DNA of 64,000 nt, from the NCBI RefSeq assembly GCF_964204645.1, contig NC_134036.1, positions 1,984,001 to 2,048,000 on the forward strand. The letters run 5' to 3'. The stretch comes from Tubulanus polymorphus. Taxonomy: Eukaryota > Animalia > Nemertea. The position numbers and the translations under genes were made by a program. This document shows positions 23,219 to 36,634 of this stretch, piece after piece; within the stretch, counting starts at the first letter, position 1, and every line of letters starts with the position of its first letter. The notes under the pieces are model-generated. The model was not told the origin of the DNA and searched no databases. It saw nothing but the letters and a program-made list of their open reading frames with translations.

Positions 23219-24284
23219 TTCGCTGAAGCAAAAAAATTTCTCTATGATAAAGCTATGAAAGCTATGTATTCTATTATTCAAAAGGGCAGACGTTTGAAAC
23301 TTCCAGTAGATGTAATGTTTAAACTATTTGACATGTGCGTCGCTCCTATCGCGTTGTACGGTTGCGAAATCTGGGGATATGAAAACCTTGACTTATTAGA
23401 AAACCTCCACTGTTTATTTTGTAAAATTATCATGAAAGTTACAAAATATTCCCATAACCTTCAAGTATTAGCGGAGTTAGGACGTTATCCTATGTATATA
23501 AGCGTAAAGCGTAGAATGATTAATTTTTGGGTCAAAACGATTGAGTGCAAACAAAGTAAACTTAGTTCAATTCTCTATAAGATATCTTATAATTTATATC
23601 TGAATGATAGGTTTAAGAGCCCCTGGCTGTTATTTATTAAGAAGACTTTTGATGACTGTGGCCTTTCGTATATATGGACACAACAATCTATGGTAAACTC
23701 TAGGACTTCCCCAAAACAATTACACCGTTTACTCCGTGATCAGCATGTGCAAGAGACAGAATTTAGGCTAAATAATAACCCGTTATACATTAATTTTAGA
23801 CAATATAAGAAGGATATCAAATTTGAAAACTATATAAATCGGCTTGATGACGACTTAGTGACCAGCTTATTCCAGTTCAGGATTGGGTCTTATCTCCTAC
23901 CTGTATATAAATTGTCAAATCTCCATCTACCGAGAACCGATAGATTATGCCCCACCTGTAACGTTTTAGGCGACGAACTACATTTCATTTTTGACTGTAA
24001 ATTACTTACCGTATTCCGTGAAAGCTACCTAAATTCAAATACCTTTCGGAATCTTGATGTTTTAAAAAATCCAACTTTTAAACTTGCTAAATTTATCAAA
24101 TTAGGTCTGGATGTATATAGATCCCTCCGTTAGTGTGTGTAAATAGTATGTTGTAAATAACGTTTGTTATGTTTCAAAGTGCTTTTATCTACTGTTTTTG
24201 TAAATAATTGTAAATACTGTTTCTTTTCCTCCATATACCATGGAAATGGTTGGAGTGTAATAAATATTCGTATTCGTATTCGTA
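23219..24284 (+). mobile_element. 5'-truncated LINE (CR1/L2/Crack group) with ORF2 C-terminal part
   Basis: FD..V.PI.LYGCEIWG, ELGRYP and CPTC..GDELHFIFDC (CCHC) motifs; AATAAA plus (TATTCG)n tail; TTCACTTGT duplicated at 23210-18 and 24285-93. No RT catalytic core. Confidence 0.88.
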
Positions 24285-24324
24285 TTCACTTGTCGTAGAG
24301 TTTTCTCAGGAGACTAAGGAGGTT

Positions 24325-24992
24325 AGCTCGGTGGGTACAGGATGTTGCTCCGACCCAGGGGCGACTAGCTCGATGGTGGGTACAGGATGGCTCTCCGGCC
24401 CACATGTGATAAGCTCGGTGGTGGGTACAGGATGTTGCTCCGACCCAGGGGCGACTAGCTCGATGGTGGGCACAGGATGGCTCTCCGGCCCACATGTGAT
24501 AAGCTCGGTGGTGGGTATGGATGGCGCTCCTGCCCACAGGCGACTAGCTCGGTGGTGGGTACGGGATGTTGCTCCGACCCAGGGGCGACTAGCTCGATGG
24601 TGGGCACAGGATGGCTCTCCGGCCCACATGTGATAAGCTCGGTGGTGGGTACAGGATGGCGCTCCTGCCCACAGGCAACTAGCTCGGTGGTGGGTACAGG
24701 ATGTTGCTCCGACCCAGGGGCGACTAGCTCGATGGTGGGCACAGGATGGCTCTCCGGCCCACATGTGATAAGCTCGGTGGTGGGTACAGGATGGCTCTCC
24801 TGCCCACAGGCGACTAGCTCGTTGGTAGGCACAGGATGGCTCTCCTGCCCACAGGCGACTAGCGCGGTGGTGGGTACAGGATGGCTCTCCTGTCCACAGG
24901 CGACTAGCTCGATGGTGGGCACAGGACGGTGCTCCTGCCCACAGGCAACTAGCTCGGTGGTGGGCACAGGATGGCGCTCCAGCCCACAGGCG
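24325..24992. repeat. 45-bp GC-rich VNTR, about 15 units
   Basis: GGTACAGGATGGCTCTCCTGCCCACAGGCGACTAGCTCGGTGGTG and variants. Confidence 0.93.
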
Positions 24993-25385
24993 AATTCATG
25001 TTAGTAACATACGTAGGCTTACTTTTTACGCAGAAGATTTTTTCTTTCTGCATTTTGTGTCCAACCTCGTTCACCGGGACTTACGCCGAGCCACTACAGT
25101 TAACCAAGCTTAAATCATCATCAAATAAGTCATCGAATCACTCGTCATCTTTAATTCTATTTCTTTAATGTACTGGAGTAGGTATAAGTCATCATTTCGA
25201 TAAGTCAAAAAACGCTGAGAAGACTTAAGCAAGGTTGATTTGAAATTCCTAAATTAATCGAAATAGAAAAATAAAAAATGAAATAAAACTTGTTCTGGTG
25301 TAAGACATTTGGTCTGATCTCCCGTGATGAGAGGAAATAGGAGCGCGTTATCAGAAGATAGTGACATGTAGATTTCCAGGACCGC

Positions 25386-25411
25386 TATATAAAGCTGGGT
25401 TCACTCTCAGT
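25386..25411 (+). promoter_or_regulatory. Candidate TATA box/initiator ahead of the non-coding exons upstream of gene B (also at 38853 and 52718)
   Basis: GCTATATAAAG followed by TCAGT and downstream splice-site-bounded non-coding blocks. Confidence 0.45.
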
Positions 25412-27108
25412 CCTGGTCTCCACACAGATATCCGTCGTTCTACAATCTTAGTACAACCATACTGTGGCGAATCGATTTCAAGGTCATTGACACTGCGCTA
25501 TATTTGTCAAAATTATTAAAAGAACTCATTTTGCGTTTTTCTAGGCACCGCTTCGATATAAGTTAATGTTGGAGGATATTGTAAGGACGCTATACCCGGT
25601 TACTCGTGTTGTAGTAAGGACAGTAAAAGGATTTATCTGGTAGGGCTGGGCTTCGTCTGGACCTGTTGTACATTATTATTTACCTAATACCCATACATAA
25701 TGTTTCAATTCAGAATTAGGACGTTCCATGTGTTCAATCGACGTTGCTTTTTCCAGATCAGCGATTCCTTACTTTCTCATCATCTGGATCTGTTTGCTGC
25801 CGATACCCGGAGGTTGACTAGACCTACACTGATTCATTCGAGACCTTGTTAGGTAATCCATGATGCTCTACACTGAAATAAATTTCGGGTGAGCGAAGCG
25901 GTTTAATATCGGGTACCGTAATAGAATGTATATGTACTGTGTTAAATCAACAGTTCTAATGTTGATTTTTGCGTTACATTTTCAGACAGATGCAGCCTCT
26001 CCTGCCGATACTGTTAACTTGGATGTTACATCTCCCAAGGTGAATGTACATGTAATGAAAATCCATTCCTGAATTTGGTGAGTAGACATTGTTTGTTTTA
26101 TACGGAACTTGGGTGGGGTTTAAGTTTATTCAAACGGATAGAACCTCGTTACAACAAACACAGATACAGTAGACTCTTAACTGGAAGTTAATTTCTGACC
26201 AGTGACTTGGTTCAGTCGATACTTCGAGTTTGAAAAACTAAAATTATCATGAATTGTTGCAATATATGTTTTCAAATTAAATGTGGTAATTCACCTTTTA
26301 CAGATTTTAGTTCAAGTCGAGTTCTTATGAGCAGCGATTTACCAGATAAAGTTTACTATTGATTTATTCCATAAACTTGATTATGAAATGTAAAAAAAAA
26401 AACAGATTTTGTCGCCCGCTCGAAACGTGTTCAATCGTCCCAGACATTTATACATTAATGTTCCATAGTTCAATGACGTGCACTTGACTCTTGACATATT
26501 CGTGAGTCATATTTGAAAAAATTCCGTGATAACAAAGTCATGCGCATAGATTATTTGAAAATGATCCGAAATATTAATTCGCCACTTGAAGACAATTTTC
26601 ATACGGCGGATGTCATTTGGTGGTTTCCTGCCCTTGGCCTTTATGATAATCAAGAGATTCGCTTTACGGATGCTTTCAAATACTAATCAAACACCAGATT
26701 TCAGATCACTTTCCAAGTGGGAACGTAGAACTTGAAACTCTTGTTATCAATTTTATTTGTGTCTTTTCAAAGTATGTCGACAAAAAACTGCGTTCATGAC
26801 ATTTGACAGGAATGTCAAAATACCGATTTGTCACCCTGATTAGAATCAGACCCTGGACATATCACATGAATTTTCTTATAAAACACCTGAGTTGATTACT
26901 TATTATCTAGTTCACAGGAAACCATTTTATATGTGTCTATAATATTTATCAGACACATTAAACTGCGTCACTAGATCTGATAATCGGGTTCGTAACCGAA
27001 AATACCGGTCACCGCGATTAGAATCAGACCTTGGGACTAATATCACCTGACTGTTAAACGCCCAAACCGCATTCACTTCATTTCTGGTGTAAATTACTGA
27101 CGGTCAAC

Positions 27109-29164
27109 ATGGCTACAAGTAATCCGGATCGTTTCGAGATTTCCGTACCTTTCAAAGGACGTCGCGTTACCGTTTGGTCCGATCAGGATAATGAGTACAG
27201 AACGATACAAAATTACTTTTATCAGCCGTTGTTTAATTTGGAATCTGATCGAATAACTGCGGATGGAAATATATTACAACTTGATATAACTCTGTGGTGT
27301 GAAGAATTAGAGGCTGCTATTAAACACGAACTAAAAACCATCTATACAGGTCACGTAATAGCGGTGCAGATGATGCCGTTTGATGAGGTAAGAATCTGTA
27401 ATTCTCATCTTCAGTTCCATCATCACCCGCGTGTGATACTAGACGGGTGACCACTGCGAGGTGAGAGTCAAATAAAAAAATCGTTTTCTATTTCAGGTGA
27501 AATTAGAATGGAGAGATGCGCCCTCTGGTGTGGAGATACCGAATCATCCGATCCCGTTCAATCATCAACCTCAGAATCACGTGTTTATCGTTAAATGTGA
27601 AAATGAAGAAATGTGTGAAATCTACAAATCGCGACTTCAACAATCTCCGCAATCAATAGGTTCGGGTCTTGTGATCGGTGCTAGTCGTCACGGAAACGAA
27701 TACGTGTTTAGAGTGAACACTGTACCGATTAGTGAAGCGCGAACAGTTCAACCAGACATTGATCAACGTCATCATTCCCTAATTGACAATGTTAAACTGT
27801 TTCAAGATAATTTAGAAAATCAATTCTCTCAATTGAAGCACACTATAGACACAGTTGAAGAGAGGCTGAACCGGTGCTGTACTGAACAACAACTTGAAGA
27901 GAGGCTGAACCGGTGCTGTACTGAACAACAACTTGAAGAGAGGCTGAACCGGTGCTGTACTGAACAACAACTTGAAGAGAGGCTGAACCGGTTCTGTACT
28001 GAACAACAACTTGAAGAGAGGCTGAACCGGTGCTGTACTGAACAACAACTTGAAGAGAGGCTGAACCGGTGCTGTACTGAACAACAACTTGAAGAGAGGC
28101 TGAACCGGTGCTGTACTGAACAACAACTTGAAGAGAGGCTGAACCGGTGCTGTACTGAGCAGCAACTTGCAGCATTGGAAGTAAAACTGAATAAGACTAT
28201 CGATGACGTCACAGGAAGAACAATCAATGATGTCATAGGGAGAATAGATAAATTGGAGAGTTCTATTGGTGACGTCATTGATTCATTAACGATCAGTAAA
28301 CAGGTTCAGACAGACTTCAGTCCCAGTCTAGTGACGTCATTACCTGGTGAGCAGACGGGTCAACAGTCACGTATAATATGCGCGCAGTACTGGGAGTCCA
28401 GTTATATATATTACATGGATGATAATAATGTAATGAAGAGATATATAGAGTGTGATGGTGATGATTGTTTACTAGGACTCGATAAAGATAGTAACGGTCA
28501 CCTGTTTGTAGTCGTGGAGAATAACGAGAAACTCTGCCTGAGAAAATATAAAGATCAGGTCAAAGTGTTAGAGGAAGATGTCACTGATATTGTGTCTAGA
28601 TGTGGAACACTAGTTATTCGCGGTAACAATATTTACATCCAGTTAGATAGAGACGTTCGTGTTTTACGTCTATTAGAAAACCCTGTAAACAGTTTAATTG
28701 ATAGAAACCGTGTGAAAAAATATCAGCTCCCGGATGGAGAGTACGAATATATCAACAGTTTAGATGTCGACACGCGGGGACGCATGTTTGTATACTGTGA
28801 TAGATCGGGAAGATTACTCTTTCTAACAGCTGATGCGGAATTGATCAGTTTTATCAATGTGAAAGATTCCGGACTAACATTTGATCCACTTGAGGGGTCC
28901 CCGTGTATAATCAATGATAAACATGTATTACTATCGGTAAACTCTAGGACTGGTAACAAAGGAGCCGTGATTAGTATGAGATATAATAATGAGGGGTTTA
29001 TAGATCACCCGCGTATAGTATTGAACTCTGCAGACAGTGCGACATTAGAGATACACAAAATATGTGACAGTAACACTGTAGTTATCTGTCACTGGGATAA
29101 CAGTAATAAACCGGACTCACTGCGAGTTTATAATATAAACACTGTACTCACTCGTACACAATAA
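27109..29164 (+). CDS. Array gene B (8 stalk repeats), 648 aa
   Basis: Exons 27109-27387 and 27497-29164; paralog of gene A; repeats at 27857-28168. Confidence 0.88.
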
Positions 29165-29403
29165 ACACCCGGTTTTAATCAAACATGATATAACACGTTT
29201 CATCAAGGATTAAATCCATAGATAGTTGAAATATGTGAATTTCTTAAAAGTTAAAGAATGTATCTTTTTAGGACCTGTTTATGGAATGAGACTCTCATTC
29301 ATTCTATTACGTAATATATCATAACAGAAAAAAAAAACTTAAGAAGAAAGAATTTGACGAAAGAAGTCATTACTATTAGAATTATTGTGAGAATGTAATG
29401 AAT

Positions 29404-29610
29404 GCCGTGATTAGTATGAGATATAATGATGAGGGGTTTATAGATCATCCGCGTATAGTATTGAACTCTGCAGACAATGCGACATTAGAGATACACAAAG
29501 TGTGTGACAGTAACGCTGTAGTTATCCATCACCGGGATATCAGTAGTAAACAGGACTCACTGCGAGCTTATAATATAAACACTGTACTCACTCGTACACA
29601 ATAAACACCC
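29404..29610 (+). pseudogene. Orphan duplicate of the last ~66 codons of the array gene (3' cassette 1)
   Basis: AVISMRYND...TVLTRTQ* open, with about 13 substitutions versus gene B; followed by a more decayed copy at ~29629-29730. Confidence 0.85.
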
Positions 29611-30025
29611 TAAAAGCTCTGTAAGTTGGACATTAGACATATATGAAGTGTGTAACAGTTTGAGTTATCCGTCACTAGGATAAAAGTAATAAACCGAATA
29701 ATGTAAACACTTCATAAAATAGAAACCAGTTTTAACCTGATTTTATATCAAGTATGAGACTAACGGTTACGATAACGTCTAGTGATTTAGCGTTTGACGA
29801 CACGAATGTCTGTGTAATTAAATCGCTAATAAAGTCGTACATTTAACGGGGATTTCAAAAAGCCTTTTTGAGGTTTAACTAATTTATCAAAGAATGAATT
29901 ATTTTAAGTAGTTAAGAAAAGTTAACTTGAAATCTATTTCAAAGCACATTCATAATTTTGGTGAAAGTGGGGCGCAAGTTCTTAATGGTAAATACGTAAT
30001 CCACGCTTAAAATTAAGTTCCTAGT

Positions 30026-30132
30026 AGCGGTTTTATAGACTGGTATTAACTTTAGTCTGGGGGTTAACTATATTCATTTTTAATTGTGTTAACCCCCGGG
30101 TTGAAGTTGACACCAGTCTATAAAATAAGCCC
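30026..30132. mobile_element. Palindromic MITE-like element (copies near 43375-43480 and 63360-63465)
   Basis: TTTTATAGACTGGT...GGGGGTTAAC / GTTAACCCCC...ACCAGTCTATAAAA. Confidence 0.6.
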
Positions 30133-31853
30133 CTTTAGTTTTATTCCCACGAAATTTTCTGAGCATGTTCACTCAACAAAACAGGAAAATGATCTGAAAT
30201 TCTTTTTTGAGATTTGACGTTATTTTGGGCTGTTTCTTGTGAAGCAAAATCAAATCACTGAGTTGAGGAGTTCTACCCTAATCTGTTAGTAATAATTGGA
30301 ACTTATGGGATTTTCCGACTCACTAAGTTTTCGACTTTGACATGTTAAACTAATTATGATATAACACGTTTCATTCGGGATTCAATCCATATATAGTCAA
30401 AATGTGGATTTTTTAAAAGTGAAAGAATTTAAGGTTTTTTGAAACCTGTTTGCGGAATGTGACTTTTCAGTCATACCATTACGTAATATAATATAAAAGA
30501 AAAGAGACTAAAAGTTGAGAAGAGAAAAGTTTTATGAAAAAAGTAATTATCATTAGAATTATTGTAAGAATGTATTCAATCATGATTGTATTGTAAAAAG
30601 CTAATATATTGACGAAATGATAATTATTAGAATTATAATAATAATGTGATTAACTATAATTGTATCGTCAAAAAAGAAAATATAACAAAAATAATTATTA
30701 TGATCATCAACCAGTTGTAATTTCCGCTTTATTATTTTTTCTCTCTGGTCTTCTGTATAACATCAGGTCACTGGATCATCCTGAGGTCAGATGCACAGTC
30801 ATTGCTTAGAAGACCATTTTAATTATGTTGCCAATCTAACGAATTGCCCTGCAATGCGTGCAGTGCAAGAAACGGACAAGACCGTCCAATGAATAGCACC
30901 ATTGAGGCTTGTTAAAGGGCCAATGATGAGTTTTGTAAAATTACCACAAATAAGCGTTTTTGATAAAAATGATATAAATTTTCGATGACAAAAATTTGTC
31001 GAAAAATCAATAAAATTATTATTGGAGAGGATTTTTAAATAAGTAATTTCGACCTCGGTGAACCCGGAAGTATGACTGACGTCACTTACAGAACAGCAAC
31101 ATCAACAAACATTGAAAAAACAGGGCGGGTAATTCAGAAGGGTTGTCGCATTTTTATGGACGAATTGCAACAATTCTCGCTCAAATAGTTTTGAAGATTA
31201 GTTTTCTTTTCTTGAATTTCGAATTGAAAACGAATGCGATTCGTCTTTGAAAACAAATTCAATAAGACCCTGGACATATCACGTGACTGTTCTTATAAAA
31301 GACCCGAGTTGATTACTGACGTCATTATCTAGTTCATAGAGAAACCGTTTTATCTGTATCTATAAGATTTATCTGCGTCACTAGATCTGATAATCGGGTC
31401 TGTATTTCAAATTAGCGGTATGGTTTATTTAGATTATTATGACGTCATAACATTCGCGCACCTAGATAGTTCACGTGTTTGGCGTAAAGGTCGCTGAAGG
31501 TTGCGACTCTGTACCTTCGTGGGGGGTTCAAAATACCGATCAGTCACGTGGTTAGAATCAAACACTGTGAATGATATCAATTCACTTTTTTGTGTTGGTA
31601 GCAACAACAGTTAAAAACGACTTCAATTGTTAATTTCGTTTTAAGTTACGTGTTTGTATTATGTCTGTATCTATTGACGACGACCTATTTATCAAACGGT
31701 AAAATGGCGGCAGAACTGGTTCTTGCCGCGCCCGTCTTTTGTACAGTTACTATTTAGAGAAGGCAAACCAGAACCCTGGGACTAATATCACCCGACTGTT
31801 CTACGCCCAAACCGCATTCAGTTCATTTCTGGTGTTAATTACTGACGGTCAAC

Positions 31854-34213
31854 ATGGCTACAAGTAATCCGGATCGTTTCGAGATTTCCTTACCTTTCAA
31901 AGGGCGTCGCGTTAACGTTTGGTCCGATCAGGATAATGAGTACAGAACGATACAAAATTACTTTTATCAGCCGTTGTTTAATTTGGAATCTGATCGAATA
32001 ACTGCGGATGGAAATATATTACAACTTGATATAACTCTTTGGTGTGAAGAATTAGAGGCTGCTATTGCACAAAAACTAAAAACCATCTATACAAGTCACG
32101 TTATAGCGGTGCAGATGATGCCGTTTGATGAGGTAAGAATCTGTTAATGTCATCTTCAGCTTCATCATCATCCGCGTGTGATACTAGATGGGTGACCACT
32201 GCGAGGTGAGAGTCAAATAGAAAAAATCTTTTTATATTTCAGGTGAAATTAGAATGGAGAGATGCGCCCTCTGGTGTGGAGATACCGAATCATCCGATCC
32301 CGTTCAATCATCAACCTCAGAATCACGTGTTTATCGTTAAATGTGAAAATGAAGAAATGTGTGAAATCTACAAATCGCGACTTCAACAATCTCCGCAATC
32401 AATAGGTTCGGGTCTTGTGATCGGTGCTAGTCGTCACGGGAACGAATACGTGTTTAGAGTGAACACTGTACCGATCAGTGAAGCGAGGCCAGTTCAACCA
32501 GACATTGATCAACGTCTTAATTCCCTAATTGACAATGTCAAACTGTTTCATGATAATTTAGAAACTCAATTCTCTCAATTGAAGCACACAGTTGAAGAGA
32601 GACTGAACCGGTTCTGTACTGAACAACAACTTGAAGAGAGGCTGAACCGGTTCTGTACTGAACAACAACTTGAAGAGGGGCTGAACCGGTTCTGTACTGA
32701 ACAACAACTTGAAGAGAGACTGAACCGGTTCTGTACTGAACAACAACTTGAAGAGAGGCTGAACCGGTGCTGTACTGAACAACAACTTGAAGAGAGGCTG
32801 AACCGGTTCTGTACTGAACAACAACTTGAAGAGAGGCTGAACCGGTGCTGTACTGAACAACAACTTGAAGAGAGGCTGAACCGGTGCTGTACTGAACAAC
32901 AACTTGAAGAGAGGCTGAACCGGTTCTGTACTGAACAACAACTTGAAGAGAGGCTGAACCGGTGCTGTACTGAGCAACAACTTGAAGAGAGGCAGAACCG
33001 GTTCTGTACTGAACAACAACTTGAAAAGAGGCTGAACCGGTTCTGTACTGAACAACAACTTGAAGAGAGGCTGAACCGGTGCTGTACTGAGCAACAACTT
33101 GAAGAGAGGCTGAACCGGTTCTGTACTGAACAACAACTTGAAGAGAGGCTGAACCGGTGCTGTACTGAGCAACAACTTGCAGCATTGGAAGTAAAACTGA
33201 ATAAGACTATCGATGACGTCACAGGAAGAACAATCAATGATGTCATAGGGAGAATAGATAAATTGGAGATATCTATTGGTGACGTCATAGGGAGAATGGA
33301 TGAAGTGGAGAGTTCTATTGGTGACGTCATTGATTCATTAACGATCAGTAAACAGGTTCAGACAGACTTCTCACCTAACCTAGTGACGTCATTACCTGGT
33401 GAGCAGACGGGTCAACAGTCACGTATAATATGCGCGGAGTACGGGGAGTGCAGTGATATATATTACATGGATGATAATGATGTAATGAAGAGATATATAG
33501 AGTGTGTTGATGATTATGTACGAGGACTCGATACAGATAGTAACGGTCACCTGTTTGTAGTCGTGGAGAAAAACGGGAAATTCTACCTGAGAAAATATAA
33601 AGATCAGGACAAAGTGTTAGAGGAAGATGTCACTGATATTGTGTCTCTATGTGGAACACTAGTTATTCGCGGTAACAATATTTACATCCAGTTAGATAGA
33701 GACGTTCGTGTTTTACGTCTATTAGAAAACCCTGTAAACAGTTTAATTGATAGAAACCGTGTGAAAAAATATCAGCTCCCGGATGGAGAGTACGAATATA
33801 TCAACAGTTTAGATGTCGACACGCGGGGACGCATGTTTGTATACTGTAATAGATCGGGAAGATTACTCTATCTAACAGCTGATGCGGAATTGATCAGTTT
33901 TATCAATGTGGAAGATTCCGGACTAACATTTGATCCACTTGCGGGGTCCCCGTGTATAATCAATGATAAACATGTATTACTATCGGTAAAGTCTAGGACT
34001 GGTGACAAAGGAGCCGTGATTAGTATGAGATATAATGATGAGGGGTTTATAGATCACCCGCGTATAGTATTGAACTCTACTGACAGTGTGACATGTGAGA
34101 TACTCAAAATATGTGACAGTAACACTGTAGTTATCCGTCACTGGGATAACAGTAATAAACCGCACTCGCTACGAGTTTATAATATAAACACTGTACTCAC
34201 TCGTACAAAATAG
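31854..34213 (+). CDS. Array gene C (15 stalk repeats), 749 aa
   Basis: Exons 31854-32132 and 32243-34213; repeats at 32594-33178. Confidence 0.88.
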
Positions 34214-34484
34214 AAATTCGGTTTTAATCAAACATGATATAACACGTTTCATCAAGGATTAAATCCATAGATAGTTGAAATATGTGAATTTCTTAAAAGT
34301 TAAAGAATGTATCTTTTTAGGACCTGTTTATGGAATGAGACTCTCATTCATTCTATTACGTTATATATCATAACAGAAAAAAAAGACTAAAAGTTAAGAA
34401 GAAAGAATTTGACGAAAAAAGTAATTTCTATTAGAATTATTGTGAGAATGTAATCAATTATGATTGTATCGCAAAAGAAAACAA

Positions 34485-35791
34485 TAGCGAAGTTTCCAGT
34501 TACCAGGGGCCATTTTGAGGCGGTCCCGCGGGTCCCGCATCGTTGGAAAGATTTAAACATTTTTTAAACTAAAACTTCTAGCGCGATTCATTGTAGTCCA
34601 TTCGTCTTTTGGCACAAAAATTAAAGTCATGAATCGTTAAAAAGGTGACCATTTCTATTTTCTGATGGTGTTTATTATATTTTTCTCGACTGCAACAATC
34701 GAACACAGTTACAGTTTAAAAAAGATACGTCACTTTAAGGAAGGCGTACTTCTAAAAAAATTGGTAATTTTGTGTTATTGACTGTCACTTTTCCATGTTA
34801 AGATCTAGAATTTTTCATTGAAGATAGAGTTTTATCTGAGGATTTTGTTGATACTACATTCGTAAAAATATCTTCATAGAAACGCGCGTGGCCATCGGTT
34901 GAGTCAAGAGCAAAGCGCGCACGAGTGGTTGACCGTCGATTTTCTGCATACCCGTTCTAAGCCAATTTCATGGAAATTTTAAAGTTTTTTTAAATTTAAA
35001 TCATCGTTTGATTGTTTCCATGTTGAATTGAGGGTATTTGGTGTCTCCCCAGCATAATTAGATTTGAAACGATGCTTGATGTTTACAACGACCGCTTGTT
35101 TTTATTGAAAGACTGCATCTTTGTGTCGTGTCACCTAGAAGCCGATCCTCTATTCGATCGACACTGCGCTCGGTCCCATGTTTAACGTTCGACGATTGAA
35201 CATTCTAGGTCAGATAAGACAAGTTTCTTGAAATTTTTTCCTAATGCAAAGTATCTGATTTTAATCTATAAAAATATTTAGTATCTAGAAAATTGCCATG
35301 AAAATAGCGCAATACGCGCATGCAAAAACTCGACGGTCATCCACTCGTGCGCGCTTTGCTATTGACTCAACCGGTGGCCACGCGCGTTTCTATGAACATA
35401 TTTTTACGAATGCAGTGTCAACAAAATCCTGAGATAAAACTCTATCTTCAATGAAAAATTCTACATTGTATCTCTTAACATGAAAAAGTTACAGTCAATA
35501 ACACAAAATTACCAATTTTTTGAGAAGTACGCCTTCCTTAAAGTGACGTATCTTTTTTAAACTGTAACTGTGTTCGATTGTTGCAGTCGAGAAAAATGAA
35601 TTAAACACCATCAGAAAATAGAAATTGTCACCTTTTTAACGATTCATGACTTTAATTTTTGTGCTAAAAGAGTGGTGGACTACAATGAATCGCGCTTAAA
35701 GTTTTAGTTGAAAAAATGTTAAAATCTGTCCAACCATGCGGGACCCGCGGGACCGCCTCAAAATGGCGCCTGGTCACTGGAAACTTCCCTA
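34485..35791. mobile_element. Foldback DNA transposon, copy 2
   Basis: Near-identical to 21069-22375 at the same position in the unit. Confidence 0.8.
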
Positions 35792-36634
35792 TTTGAAAAA
35801 AATATTAATTATTATTGGAATTATTTTAATAATGTATTCAATTACGATCTAATATTGTAAAAAGAAAATATAACACAAATAAATATCATTATCATTATCC
35901 AGTTTTAAATTCCACGATAGTCAAATTTGTCTCAGGTTTTCATATCATCCTGGATCATTCTGAGGACAGTTGTACAGTCATTGCTTAGAATTTTAGATCG
36001 TTTCTATAACCAATCAAGCGAATCGCCCTGCAATACAGGACTGAGGGACCATGAGACCGTCCTATTATACCTGAGAGGAGATCAAATAATTAATGAAGGA
36101 AGCGGACTTATAGACCGTCCACTTAAAAGTACCAGACGAATGACGAGTTGAGCGAAGGATTGCGAAGGGTTGTCGCATCGTTTAAGGATTTATTGCAACA
36201 ATTCACGATCGAATAGTTTTGAAGATTAGTTTTTCTTGAATTTTAAATTCAATCGGATGCAATTAATCTTTAAGAAATTCATCATCAAACAATGACAGAA
36301 TTATTCGTTTGCATTTTCGTAAATAAAATATAATTTACTTTTTGTGAATCTCAAATGAGAGCCCAATATCGATTTTATTAGTTAGTCATGTTCTACAGTC
36401 GTTACGCTGACTTGATCGCTTCATTTTGTAAATAGACCTATATTTCAAAGTCCTGATCGGTCAAAGTCGATTAAACCGGGTTACAGCGTATAGAATATCT
36501 AATGACGGTTATAACTATTTCACGTAATGGCTAATGTTATAAAATGTACGCTTCCTGGTTCGGAGACTGTGGTTACTACAAAGGGTGGTTCTAAAAACCG
36601 CAATAGATGTCGCCTTCGCTTAATTTTCACTTGT

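Noticed and set aside
24325-24992. CRISPR-like array, or real proteins from the long ORFs over the 45-bp repeat
   Set aside because: Contiguous tandem units with no unique spacers. ORFs on both strands arise from stop-free repeat frames and are broken by a 1-nt indel in two copies.
23111-29610. Diversity-generating retroelement (retro-ORF + template repeat + variable C-terminus)
   Set aside because: Cassette-versus-gene differences are not confined to cassette adenines (many involve G, C or T). The ORF is a LINE 3' fragment with no RT catalytic domain, and variability extends well beyond the cassette-covered region.
32538-33330. Antisense ORFs over the 39-bp repeats (also in the other array genes)
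   Set aside because: Shadow frames of a repeat lacking stops; they end near the repeat boundaries.
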